From assembly GCA_021613535.1 (NCBI GenBank), contig CP075495.1, forward strand, positions 3,286,001 through 3,350,000: a DNA stretch of 64,000 nt, in the 5' to 3' direction. Positions 1 through 16,400 of the stretch are shown here, one piece after another (within the stretch, counting starts at the first letter, position 1; each line of letters opens with the position of its first letter). This DNA comes from Adineta vaga. Taxonomy: Eukaryota; Animalia; Rotifera. The position numbers were made by a program, and so were the translations under genes. The notes under the pieces were generated by a model. It saw nothing but the letters and a program-made list of their open reading frames with translations, searched no databases and was not told the origin of the DNA.

Positions 1-1614
1 AAAATAACGAAATCATCAATTTCAAAAATGTCAATAGTGTTTGTTTGTGTGTGTAATCGAGAATACGAGCTGCAGAAGGAATTCAAGAACGTTTAATCGA
101 ATTTTCTTTCATGAATATGTTACACAAACTTGTGAAACGGCCAAATATATTAGCGAAATTTTACTTACTATAATTATCTTTCGGTAGTATTCTTCGTGGT
201 ACAGATGATGCAGTTGAACCAGTAACAGGACTTGTCGATTGATCAACAGAAGCAGATTTTGCTTCATTTGTCTAAATGATATAAAAGACTACTAAGAATA
301 AACTATATACAAAGATTGTTACACCTTCGTTATAGGCTCCACTGGTTGTTTTCCAACAGTGACTTTATTATTTGAACTTATCCGATTTGTGACAGGTTTT
401 TTCTTATTTTGTGGCGATGATGATTCATCGGGTTGTTTAATACTTTTTCGTTTTTGACGTCCATTGACTAACTCATTAGATACATTCGGATCATTGATCG
501 ATGATGAACCATTTGAATGAATATGATTTATTGGAGATACAATGGAACCTTGAGCAAATGGATTTCCTTTCGGTATGATAGGAATTGTATATGAATATGT
601 TTTAATTAATTCACTATAAGATGAAAGATATTGCAAACATAAATTAGCACATGTTCGATTCAAATGTTGACATCGTGGATGTATCTGTTGATTCTGTTTC
701 GTTTTAGTTTCACGATATTTTCCAGCTAATTGTTTATTAACAAGTCCAAATTGTGAAGCTTGTTTAGCTAATGATAATTTCATTGATTCTATTTCATCAT
801 CATCATTATCATCATCCTGTACTGTTCTCAAATCATATTCAACTTGATTCATCATATCGGAAAGAATATTTTGACAAATTTTATATTCATATTGTTCATG
901 TTGATCTAATACATGATAATGTAATGTACGTGAACATGGAAATGATATAGAGCAAAATTGACATTGATATAATTTCGAAGAAAAACAACCTAGCGGTAAA
1001 CGTTGTTGTTCACAAGCAACTTTTGCCATTAAAGGAAATTGCTTTGATGAAAATGCCAGAACGAGATAAGATGATATATAACTATAATTTGGTACTAATG
1101 TTTGATTTGATTTTAATTTGTTTTGTGCCGTTGAATGTCGCCGTTGTTGATGTGTTTTCAATGATCGATGTGAACGAAATGTAATATTACAAATTGCACA
1201 AAGAATCGATTGATTCGGATGATGCATACTTATATGATGATTAAGTCCGTATTCACTTGCAAAGACTTTCGAACATGTATTACATTCGTGACATAATGCT
1301 TGATAATCGTCAATATCGTCGTCGTCGTCTTCAAGTAATTCAATTAAATTTGGTGTCGACTAAAAATATAGATATTTGTTTTTTTTAGAAATATTCAAAT
1401 GGCGCGAAAGAATTCGCTATGTTTTGTTTTTTACTTGTAATAATCGATGACGACTTTCTACCGAAGACGATTGATTTTCGTTAAATGATAAAAATCGATT
1501 CAATATTGTGGATGATGAAGCTGCTGCTGCTGCTACTGCTGCTGCTTGACGTTTTCTTGTTAAACGTTCGTGGTCAATGGACGAAGTTGATGTTGAACGT
1601 AAAGTGAAACTCAT
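1..1614 (-). CDS. C2H2 zinc-finger protein (3' end runs off the window)
   Basis: ATG at 1614 (MSFTLRST...). The spliced exon of about 1360-324 encodes three C2H2 fingers: CNTCSKVFASEYGLNHHISMH, CAICNITFRSHRSLKTHQQRRH and CQFCSISFPCSRTLHYHVLDQH. Further S/T-rich exons lie below 271. Confidence 0.75.
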
Positions 1615-2681
1615 GTTGATAAAAATATTGATGATGATCGAGCATTTGAAAATGAGCAAAAACAGAAGAAAAAATTGAAGGATGAAAGTTCAAGGACAAT
1701 CTTGAATCTTAATGTCCCTTAACCAATGAACATTTTCATTGAATTATTAATAATATTATAAATACAATCTGTAAAATAAATGGAGTTTACATTTGAAACA
1801 AAAGAAAAAAGTACGATCTAATACGTCTGTCAAGTGTTTAGATAAGAGACGTCTTGTTCAGTATAAAACTTCTTCTTTTTCTTCTTTAGGCTTGATGACG
1901 ACATCTGCCGTCGACCTGGGATATTAAAGTTAAGATATTTGAAAGCAAGAAATATAAAAGTTTAATATTAGCATATAGCGCACAAAGAAAAGATGCATTA
2001 TGGGGAAAAGTTTCAAGTCATCGAAGACGATTCTCGAACTTATGCGCATGAAATACAGATAAACAAAATTGAAAAATGACTTAAGATCATTGTAAAAATG
2101 TCGTATCAATTACACACAAAACATTCCGAATTGTAGAAATCATTCAAGCACATACATACCTATACAAATGTACACATCTATCCAATGAGTGATGGTGGTG
2201 ATGATAATTTGTATACATACAGTCAAATGATTACAAAATGAGATATGACAGATACAAAGAATCTAATTTTTCGAATGGGATAGTAACACACAATGGAAAT
2301 TGAAAAATAACTACACGAATTTCCATATCTTTTGAGAGAAAAAAATATGATTGAATAAAAGAAAATTATATCTCTCTATTTCATCAATAATCACTGTTGT
2401 CGAAGTCGCCATTTTGCTTTTTTAGACAATGTGCCTCCTCAATGACGTACCATGTCATAACAGAGCAAGCGAACAGAAAAGCATACAGACTGTCGACAAT
2501 ATTGTATTCTTTTCCTTTTCATCGTTTTGTCTTTTTCTATTCGCTTTGTACATACATCTCAAAATAATGTCACATTGAATTTTCTATGAGACGAATTTCA
2601 CTTAGGAATAATGAATGAACGATTTATTTGATTTTTTTATGAACGTAAATAGAGACATTTTCTTTCATTCGTTCAAAAAGT

Positions 2682-3453
2682 TTACATAAAATCATTGTCT
2701 TCATCATATTCAGCATCAACATCAGCACCGGTAATACCATCACCAACAAAAGAATCATATTCAGCTTTTCGATCAGCTTTCAATTGTGGTTTAACCGTTT
2801 TTTTTGCTTTGGACTTTGCTTTTTGTTCACGTTCTTGCTGTAGTCTTTCGGATAAAATGCCTTGTACAGTCGTTGACATACGTTTAACATTATCCAGTGG
2901 CATTGATTGTGCTAAACCATTCAGTAAATTATCCAGAAATTCTTGATAATACTCAGACTTTGATAAAAGATCCAGACGATTATATAAACGAAAACTATAA
3001 TCAAGAAATTCTTGTTTTGTTACCAAATTAATATTATCTAATGAATTACGTTCACCACTTGCACCAAGAAAATCTGATGCCATATTTAATTTTAATTCTT
3101 CTTTACGTAATTCAGAACGTTTATTAAATTCTTCTAATTCTTCAGCGGTATATTGTCGATCTGGTTCTTTCAGAGATTCCAATAATTCATCGTCACTTGT
3201 TCGTTCATCTCCGATAAATTTTTTCTTACTCATTCTATTCTTTGTTGTTGGTGGTGCTTTCACTACTACTTTACTTTTATCTTCTGTTTCGACATTTTTT
3301 GGCTAGAAAAGATAAAATTTTGATCATCAATAGTTAATGATTATAGGATCAACTCACTTTTTCTTCGGGTTCATTTTCCCAATCGTCTGGAATATCATCA
3401 TCATCGCGTATTTGTACATTCGATACAACACTATCTTGCCATTGATCGGCCAT
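2682..3453 (-). CDS. EIF3J: Eukaryotic translation initiation factor 3 subunit J
   Basis: Two exons. Acidic N-terminus with DDWE (MADQWQD...DDDDIPDDWENEPEEK), Lys-rich segment, and the characteristic C-terminal EYDEDNDFM. Confidence 0.85.
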
Positions 3454-4318
3454 GATTCAATGAGTTCGATAGGTAATAAATCTAGAATATGGCAAAACAA
3501 ACATGAAACATGAAAATTCGGAACTTAAATCCTTTGCTATTTCAGTAATTTCGTAAGGACAAAATAAGATTCTATAACTATAAATATTTTTTCGTTTTAA
3601 CATAGAAAAATATTAGATTGGTTGATCTCTGTTTTTGTCTTTAATAATGCCCAAGATGATGTCACTAGATACCAGATAGACATTGAAATCCAATATGAAA
3701 TTATCTAATGGACAATTTCGATTTCATGATGCAAATAATCAAAATGAAAATACATTTAGAAATTGCTAAAACATGTCGCTAGTTGACGTCGATAAATTTA
3801 AATTCAAAAATGATACTTTTTCATTCAGTTTCAAATACTGATTTTAGTTGTGTATTCAAACAAAGTTTTCGATAATTAAACGTTCATATTTTTTGTCCTT
3901 ATTGTCTATATAGATATATATCCAGTATAGTTACAGCAAAAGTAAAATAAAGCAAAATGGTATATAAGACTACAATCTCTCTGATAATATTGAAGATCTA
4001 GTTGTTTAATTTCAATGTTTCGTATATCTATTTTGTAATAAACAAAAATAATACGTAGGTGTTTATAACGAAGAAAGAATAACATATGTTACTTTTTACG
4101 TCAACATAAACGTTAAAAAAATCAATTTTATTTTTGAAGATAAATATGAGAATACAATCATCTGGTGATAACATTCACGCCCTAAATTGATAGATCTGTA
4201 TATATTTAGTTAGTACAAGTGTTTATGCTTTCATTCTGTTTTTGGACATTGGTAAGATGAGAATCTGTAAGAAATTGATTTTCGTTAAAAGAAATATTTA
4301 TCAATTTAGACTACAAAC

Positions 4319-6078
4319 ATGAAATCTGTTCTCTGCTTACTCGTTGCTCTCGCTGTTGCTCACGGTTCTACTTTACGTAAGTTAAATAAAGACATTCGTA
4401 ATTGATATTATCATCTAATATTCTATCTTGAAATAGCGGTTAAACCAAACTGTATGGCTGTGCTTTGTGCCAACAGTGCAAAATGCCCAGATGGTACACC
4501 TGCCCCAACTCCTGCTTGGAGCTGTTGTCCAAGTATACTCGCCTGTAAAGGTTTTCTCGATTCATTTATGTGTAAGTTAATGAATATGATTTGATCTTTG
4601 TATCGAAATCTTTCTTTAGCCATTTCAAACTGTGCTAATGTTATGTGTACTATGGATCTTAAAATCTGTCCTGATGGTTCACGCGCTCCAGTTCCAGTTG
4701 GTGAATGTTGTCCAAGTCTTTCAGCTTGTAAAACAAACGGTAACTATCGTTTACACGTATCTTCCAATACAAAATAATCATATTTACTATATGTTAGGTC
4801 TTTTAAGCCGTAGCAATCCATTAGGTTCACTTGGTTCACTTCTTGGTGGTAGCAATCTTTTACAATCACTAACATCAGCTACTCATGGTACTGATTTGGG
4901 AACAATTTTATCAATTGTGAATTTACTTAACAATGTTCATCAATTCTCAAATGATGTATGTAACTATTCTCCTTAATCAATGAAACCGACAACTGTTTTT
5001 ATTTAGATTCATCAAATTCCCCTTTTGATCAATCAAACACTTGCTTCCATTCTTAATACAACAGGTCAAGCCAGTCAACTTGTCATTGATCAATTAATTG
5101 GTGCTGTTTCTAATCATCAAAGTAATTTTCTTATTCACAATTGTTCGAAAGAATAACCATCTATTCTTTACGTATATTTAAATAATAGATGCTGCCAGCC
5201 GTAATCTTTTGGGTGCTCTTGGTCAAAATGCTAACTTACTCTCAAGCATCACCCATCTTTTACCACAAGGTACATCAATTGCCAGTATTCTTTCCATTCT
5301 TAACTTATTAAACAATGTTAACCAACTTAACAATGATATCCACCAAATTCCAGTTTTACTCAATCAAACATTAGCCAGTATTGTTGGTGGTGCCGGTCAA
5401 GCTACTCAAGTCATTGTTGACCAATTACTTGGTCTCATTACCCCACATGGTAAGTTTTTCTTCAAAGTTTATTCCGAATATATCAATAGAACTAAACTAT
5501 TCATTTGTATTTCAATAGCTTCAAGCCGAAATCTTTTGGGTGCTCTTGGTCAAAATGCTAACTTACTCTCAAGCATCACCCATCTTTTACCACAAGGTAC
5601 ATCAATTGCCAGTATTCTTTCCATTCTTAACTTATTAAACAATATCAATCAACTTAACAATGATGTTCATCAAATCCCAGTTTTACTCAATCAAACATTA
5701 GCCAGTATTGTTGGTGGTGCTGGTCAAGCTACTCAAGTCATTGTTGACCAATTACTTGGTCTCATTACCCCACATGGTATGTGTTGTTACTCAGTATTTT
5801 GTTTGAAAGAATTTCTGAATAAATCAATACTTTTTATTCTAGCCTCAACAAGCCGAGATCTCTTAGGTGCTCTTGGTCAAAATGCTAACTTACTCTCAAG
5901 TATCAGCCACCTTTTACCACAAGGTACATCAATCTCCACTGTTCTTTCATTATTGAATTTATTAAACAACGTCAATGCTCTTAACAATGATCTTCATCAA
6001 ATTCCTGCTGTTCTTCAACAAACACTTCAAAATATCCTCAATGGTGTCCAAAATATTTTACCATCATCTTCTTTTTAA
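4319..6078 (+). CDS. Secreted protein: signal peptide, 2 six-Cys repeats (C..CPDG..CCPS..C) and 4 amphipathic Leu/Asn/Gln-rich repeats of about 80 aa
   Basis: Eight coding exons with GT-AG introns (about 4319-4376, 4437-4550, 4620-4739, 4798-4955, 5007-5121, 5189-5449, 5519-5776, 5842-6078). Signal peptide MKSVLCLLVALAVAHG. AATAAA near 6122. Confidence 0.85.
5197..5776 (+). repeat. Tandem exon duplication, 327-nt period (5197-5449 vs 5524-5776)
   Basis: Two 253-nt coding blocks differ at 9 positions by manual count. More diverged copies lie at 4798-5121 and 5842-6078. Confidence 0.95.
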
Positions 6079-6554
6079 ACATTACAAAAGAAATCGTCTT
6101 TCTTTGTCATTATTAATTTCAAATAAATATTAATTGAAACAAAAATATCGCTCTTCTCTCTATTCTATATCTCAATTAAACCAACTTTACCAATGTCAAA
6201 ATCAGTTTAAGTATATTGTGATATTTGTGACATTTAGGATGTTGCTAAATGAACAGATGTCGCACGATAACACACATGAATATCTTATCTGATCGAAGTT
6301 TGATGATACCTATTGATTTGAGTTTCACAACATTGCAATACTAACAGATAAATGCCGATTTATTTCTTGTCTCTCATTACCACTTCATCAGTAAATATCA
6401 TTGTGACACCAATGAAAAAAGAAAGTTCAATTATAGTTGTCTTTTCACTCATATGCTATGCATTCATCTATGCTCATTTCATTAGCATGAACGATACAGA
6501 GAAGGACCATCGCGTGTTAGTTGATATATAAATACGTAGAATTTAGTTTCGTAG

Positions 6555-11045
<4,491 letters not shown>

Positions 11046-13452
11046 CTATGAAGCGATTTATTGATTGTACATTTTACATTCTTTTTTTTCCTATTGTCTA
11101 TATAAGACAGTTAGTTAGAGGATAGCATTAGTTGAAAATTCATAAAAGTATATCATCTATTAATAAAACTTAACTCAATTGAAAGATTGTATTTTTTTGA
11201 TGAAAAACTTATATGTGTCTGTATGAGTTCTTCACTAATATATTTTCTCTTTGTTTGTCATCAGAGAAACAAGGATATTTCCATGCATCAATAATCTCGA
11301 TTTCAATAGAACACAAACATAACTGAATGTCTGTTACAAATGAATTTCAAAATAGATACCGCACCTTTTGATTGACTGGTTAAAAAACTGTCATAACTTT
11401 GGATAGAATTCTCCTTTATCTGTATATGAAAAAGAAAATATTTGGAAATCTATTCATTTTCTATTGATAAACTTCGAGATTTATGAGTTCACTTGTAAAA
11501 ATGTAAGCAGCAGTTTTCGATAGAATTTTTATATATTTATTTTGCAAATCGAAGGTAAGATAAGAAATATTGTATCTATAGAATAATTCTTTTTTAATTG
11601 AGAACGAACAAAAAAACAATTCCTTTTTTCTTCTTCTTGATCAAACTTTATTCTTCATGCAAATATTGTCCAACGAAAATTTCGTTTCTTTTTCTTTTCA
11701 CCAATAGCAAATATAGATACATATTCAATCAAAAAACGACGATAATATACCCGTCATTATATATACCAGTATATCTATATACAATTCTCCTGTCTATTTG
11801 TCAAATGTCAATATATACATATCGAACATTATCCCTATTAGACAAAAGACGAACAAAACGAGACCTGCATGTATGCAGATTTGATTAGGTTTGTTCAATT
11901 AAGAAAAAAGAAATTAAAGTTTATTCAATGTTACAACCGCTCATCTATATATAAAGAGTGCATATTTTAGAAGCAATGGTCACAAAAAAAAACTGTTTAT
12001 GCCATTCAAGCATTACTACAATCAACGAGAAGGAAAAAAACGAGCAAGTCTATCATGCAGAAACTTTCTTTTTTTTCTCTTTTTTTTGTTATTACTATCT
12101 TAAAGTGTTAAAACTTCAGTTACAATGCGTGAAGAATCGAGTGTGTGAGATGACGAGAGAGAGAGAGAGAGCGAGACATAGAGAAAAGAAAAAGAATAAG
12201 TAGAAGAAACGGAAACTCATTTTTATGTTTAAGACGAACGACAAACGGCGATTCCCTAAAGACCCACTCTTACACTCTTCTATTAGAATACCTATCACTT
12301 TACTTAGTTAGAATTCAAAGCGGTATGTTCTTTCTTATTTCATATACATAGAAATATCATAGCAATACACGAATACTTAAGCATAACTCTAGAGAAATCA
12401 AATTTCTGCGATTAAATGTGTTATATATATAACTACAAACACATCTAACACGAGTATATGAGTCTTTCTTTTTTTACAACTCAGACTGGTCGATGAGACG
12501 ACAAAGATAAGTAGTGTAAGTGTTAATTTTATTGCTTAAAATAACACATTTTTAATCTTTTTGATCTGACTGAATGTTAAAGAAAAACAAACAAATGAAT
12601 ATATAGAAACGTTTCTCGTTTTTTTCTTTTCTTTAATATGATGTAATATCTTGTATGAAAAGAGAATTTTTCTATTTAAAACAAAATGTAATAACTTCCT
12701 ACAATCATCAACGACATGAAGAATATTCTTCAAAAAGAAAAAGAAGCACATTCAACAGCTGAATAGCGAGAGTAAGTAGTCATCATACGACAACTAAACA
12801 AACTAGCTCGCATCGTCCAGTAAACAAGATGAATATATTCATGGTAAATATATAAGCTATAAATGCAGGTTTTGCTGATAATACGGACATGGATTGTAAA
12901 TTTGTTCGTTGTCGTCAAAACCTGTATTGAACTAGCAGAATTCACATTAATCAAATAGAGTATGTCTTATGAAAAAGAAGGCGTGAGAAAAATTATTTCT
13001 ATATAATCAACATTTTTTGTGTGTTTTCTCGTGTATAACTAAAATCATTTTTTTTGTTATTATGTTACTTAAAGATATTTGAAAATAAATATACCTTGTA
13101 AAAAGAATTATTTTGTTTGGCTATATGTATATATATATATATATATATTGATTGATTGAATGTAAAGAAATTCTATTTGCATATATTCATCTGAATATAA
13201 TTAAAAGTCGAGAAATAAGAAATGAATGATTTCCATGTTTGATTGTTCGATAAAAAAGAATATAGGAAAAGAAAAATCAAATATAATCTTCAAAAACAAG
13301 ACAAATTGATCAACTGTAACAGAATTATATGCATGAAGACGAAAGAATTTAATCATGATTATTTTATTTCAATTACTCATGAGTTTAACATTTGTAAACA
13401 GAAAAGTTGTATTAAAAGAAAGAGAAAAAAAGTGAATGATTGAAATGTAATA

Positions 13453-16400
13453 TTAGGCGTCTGTTACTTCAGCAGCGTCTTCTTTTTCTGCTGTCGCTGA
13501 TGCTTGGTAGAATGGACTAGTAAATTTTAATGTACCTTTTAATGAACCAGTTGGAATACTAGTTGCTTGTTTCCGAGTCGTGTCCGTCTTCAAAGGATTT
13601 TCCATTGTTATTGCACCAGAACCGTATGAAACTGTAGGTGAATTAGCACCTCGTGATGATATACGACGACGATAATACAAAGCACCAGCTACACCTCCTA
13701 AAACAACTAAAATACCAATAATAATACCAGCAATAAGACCTCCATGTGATGGTTTCTTTGGTGATTTAGTTGAACTTTGTGTTGCAGAGTCGTCTGTCGT
13801 TGTCGTTTGAGACGATGTAGAAGTTGTTGATGTTCCTGTTGGAGAAAGTGGTGGAGTTGGTAAGTTTTGATCTCCAATAATATAAAATAATCGTGCACCT
13901 TGCCAATCGTTCCATTGACTTTCGGCTAACGCTGTTGGAATATCAATTGTTAAATTAATTTCTTGTTGTTTTGAATGAAATTCTAATGAAGGTTGATTGA
14001 TTTTTCCACATAGTTGATAGTCTGCATCTCCAGTTGAATATTTGATTGAGTCAAGACATTCACCAGTAGACGATGGATTTATTACTGATCCATCGCGTAA
14101 AGAGATTTCGATTATATAGAGATAAACCGAATATTTTCGGCCATCAGCAGTACTTGGTGATGCAATACGTAATGAACATTGTTGAATACCATATTGATAA
14201 GAACGTGGAAAACCAATTGTTTGAATAAATCCCTTATCTTGAGTTGTTTGTTTGTCATTACATAATGTATATGTTGGATATGGTGGCGTTGGTCTCATTG
14301 GTATACATTGATAATAGAATTGTATTGCATCTGCTGGTGCAGTGTTGCAGAGACTTGATGTTGGTACTGTTGACATTGGATGAGTATATGAACATAATTC
14401 TTGACCTGCACATTGCGCTGTAGGTTGTTCACTTGGAAAGAAACATGTATTTTGTTTGACATCACATTGATCAGGTTGTTTTGTAACGAATTGATAAGAT
14501 TGTAAGAATGTAAGACCATGACCAGGTGTGCAACTAAAACTAACACGTTCACGTCCATTTACTAAGCCACAAGCAGTAACATCTTGAATTACAAATGGAG
14601 CAGTCGGAACTGGTGGTGTTGTTGGTGGACGACATTTTTCATTTTGAACTGATTCAATATATATTTCAAAACCTTTATATTTTGCTGTACCTGTACTCAT
14701 CTGAACATTATTAAAACGAATGTCTACGGTATCAGAACATGTTTCTAAGAGATAACGTGTATGACTACTACCACATAAACGTGTTAAACCTGATTCAGGA
14801 TCATTGATATCTACCTTTGGATCATTTTCACTACATTGTGCACCTTGTTCACGTAAGAAACCTCGTACTGGTAAATTGAATGTAAGAATATAAATTCGAA
14901 AAGCTTTATGAGCTTGACTACCTAATAATTTTGCAGATTGTAATTGTACTTTACAATCTTGATAGATTGATGTATAATTTAATGAAGAAATAATTGCACC
15001 ACCTTCAACTCGTTGAATATCAGCTGTTGAACATACATCAAGATTTAATTTTGGTCGTAATGGTATACATTGATATTCAGCATATAAATAATTTGATTTC
15101 GTATTATTACATCCTTTCATTGCAAGTAATGGTGGAAATATATTGCAAGTAGGTTTTCCTGCACAAAGATTGTATAAATTCGTACGATCTTCAAAACAAT
15201 CTGTGCTCGAATACAAACAACTACCAGTTGTACTTGCACCAAGTTCAACTTTATGAATAATAAGACCATATTGAGGTTGCTCACATCGTAAAGTAATAGA
15301 TTGTTGAACACATGTTGATACTATTTGATTTGATGTACTGATTGGGCCGGGTCCAGTCGTTGGTGTTGTTGTTGTCGTAGTTGATGGTGGTCTTGTAGCT
15401 GTAGTTGTGACTACAGTAGATTGTGGTAAAAGATGATATAATAAAGCAAAACCACGATATGCTTGCGTATCAGAACTTAGTAAACCATATGAAGCAAAGA
15501 TTTTATCTGTTGGTGAACAGGTACTAAATAAGAGTTCGGTTTGACGTGTACCACATAAATTCACACTATATAATTGATTATTACATTGATATGATAATGA
15601 TAAATAATCATTTGAACAAACACCACCTACATCCGGTAAATTAAGATTTAAATCAAGTAGATAGATATAAGCAACAAGAGCAGCACTATCTGTACTCAAT
15701 GTTACATTATCACATTGTGTTTGAACATAGGATGGATATGATGGACTTTTCAATAGACCACTTGGTCCAGTAACAGAACTTAATTGACCAGAACATAAAT
15801 CAGCACTTGTAGTAATAATGGTTGGTGTTGGTAAGCATTGATATTCAACAAAAAGATATGTAGCTATTGCTTTATTACATTCAGGTAAGTTAACAGAACT
15901 GATAAATGAAACTGAACATGCTTGTTTACCAGCACATGTACGATAGACAATATCAGCTTCAGATGTACAATCACCTGAAGTAAAAGCACATCGTTCACCT
16001 TTGCCATAAAATGCTCGATGAATTACTAAGACATAATCTTTTGGACATTGAAAATTATTTGTACCGAATAATGATGAAACATCTGGATAACATAAAGTTT
16101 TAATATCACGTGGACTTGGATCCGGAAAATAGGATGGACGTGGCGGTTCAGTTGTTGTTCTTGGTGATGTTGATGTTGTTGATGCACGTGTAGTTGTTGT
16201 ATATAGAACTGGACATATTTCATCGGGTGTTCGATCACGAAATTCAAAATAAAATTTCACACCTCGACCTTTAGCATCGGATGCACGAATTAATTGAAAT
16301 GATACAGATGAATGACATGTATTCAGTAGAAAGTTTGTAGATGATCTACCACATGTTTCCATGACATTATTATCAGCCGAAATAATTAATCGATCTTTTG

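Noticed and set aside
5197-6078. CRISPR-like or mobile direct repeats
   Set aside because: The repeats are in-frame coding exons bounded by GT-AG introns in a eukaryotic gene.
11598-13443. F/K/I-rich ORFs in intergenic DNA (also 28089-28448, 31360-31630, 61478-61867, 63743-63952)
   Set aside because: Low-complexity translations of poly-A/T and GA tracts with no coding signature.
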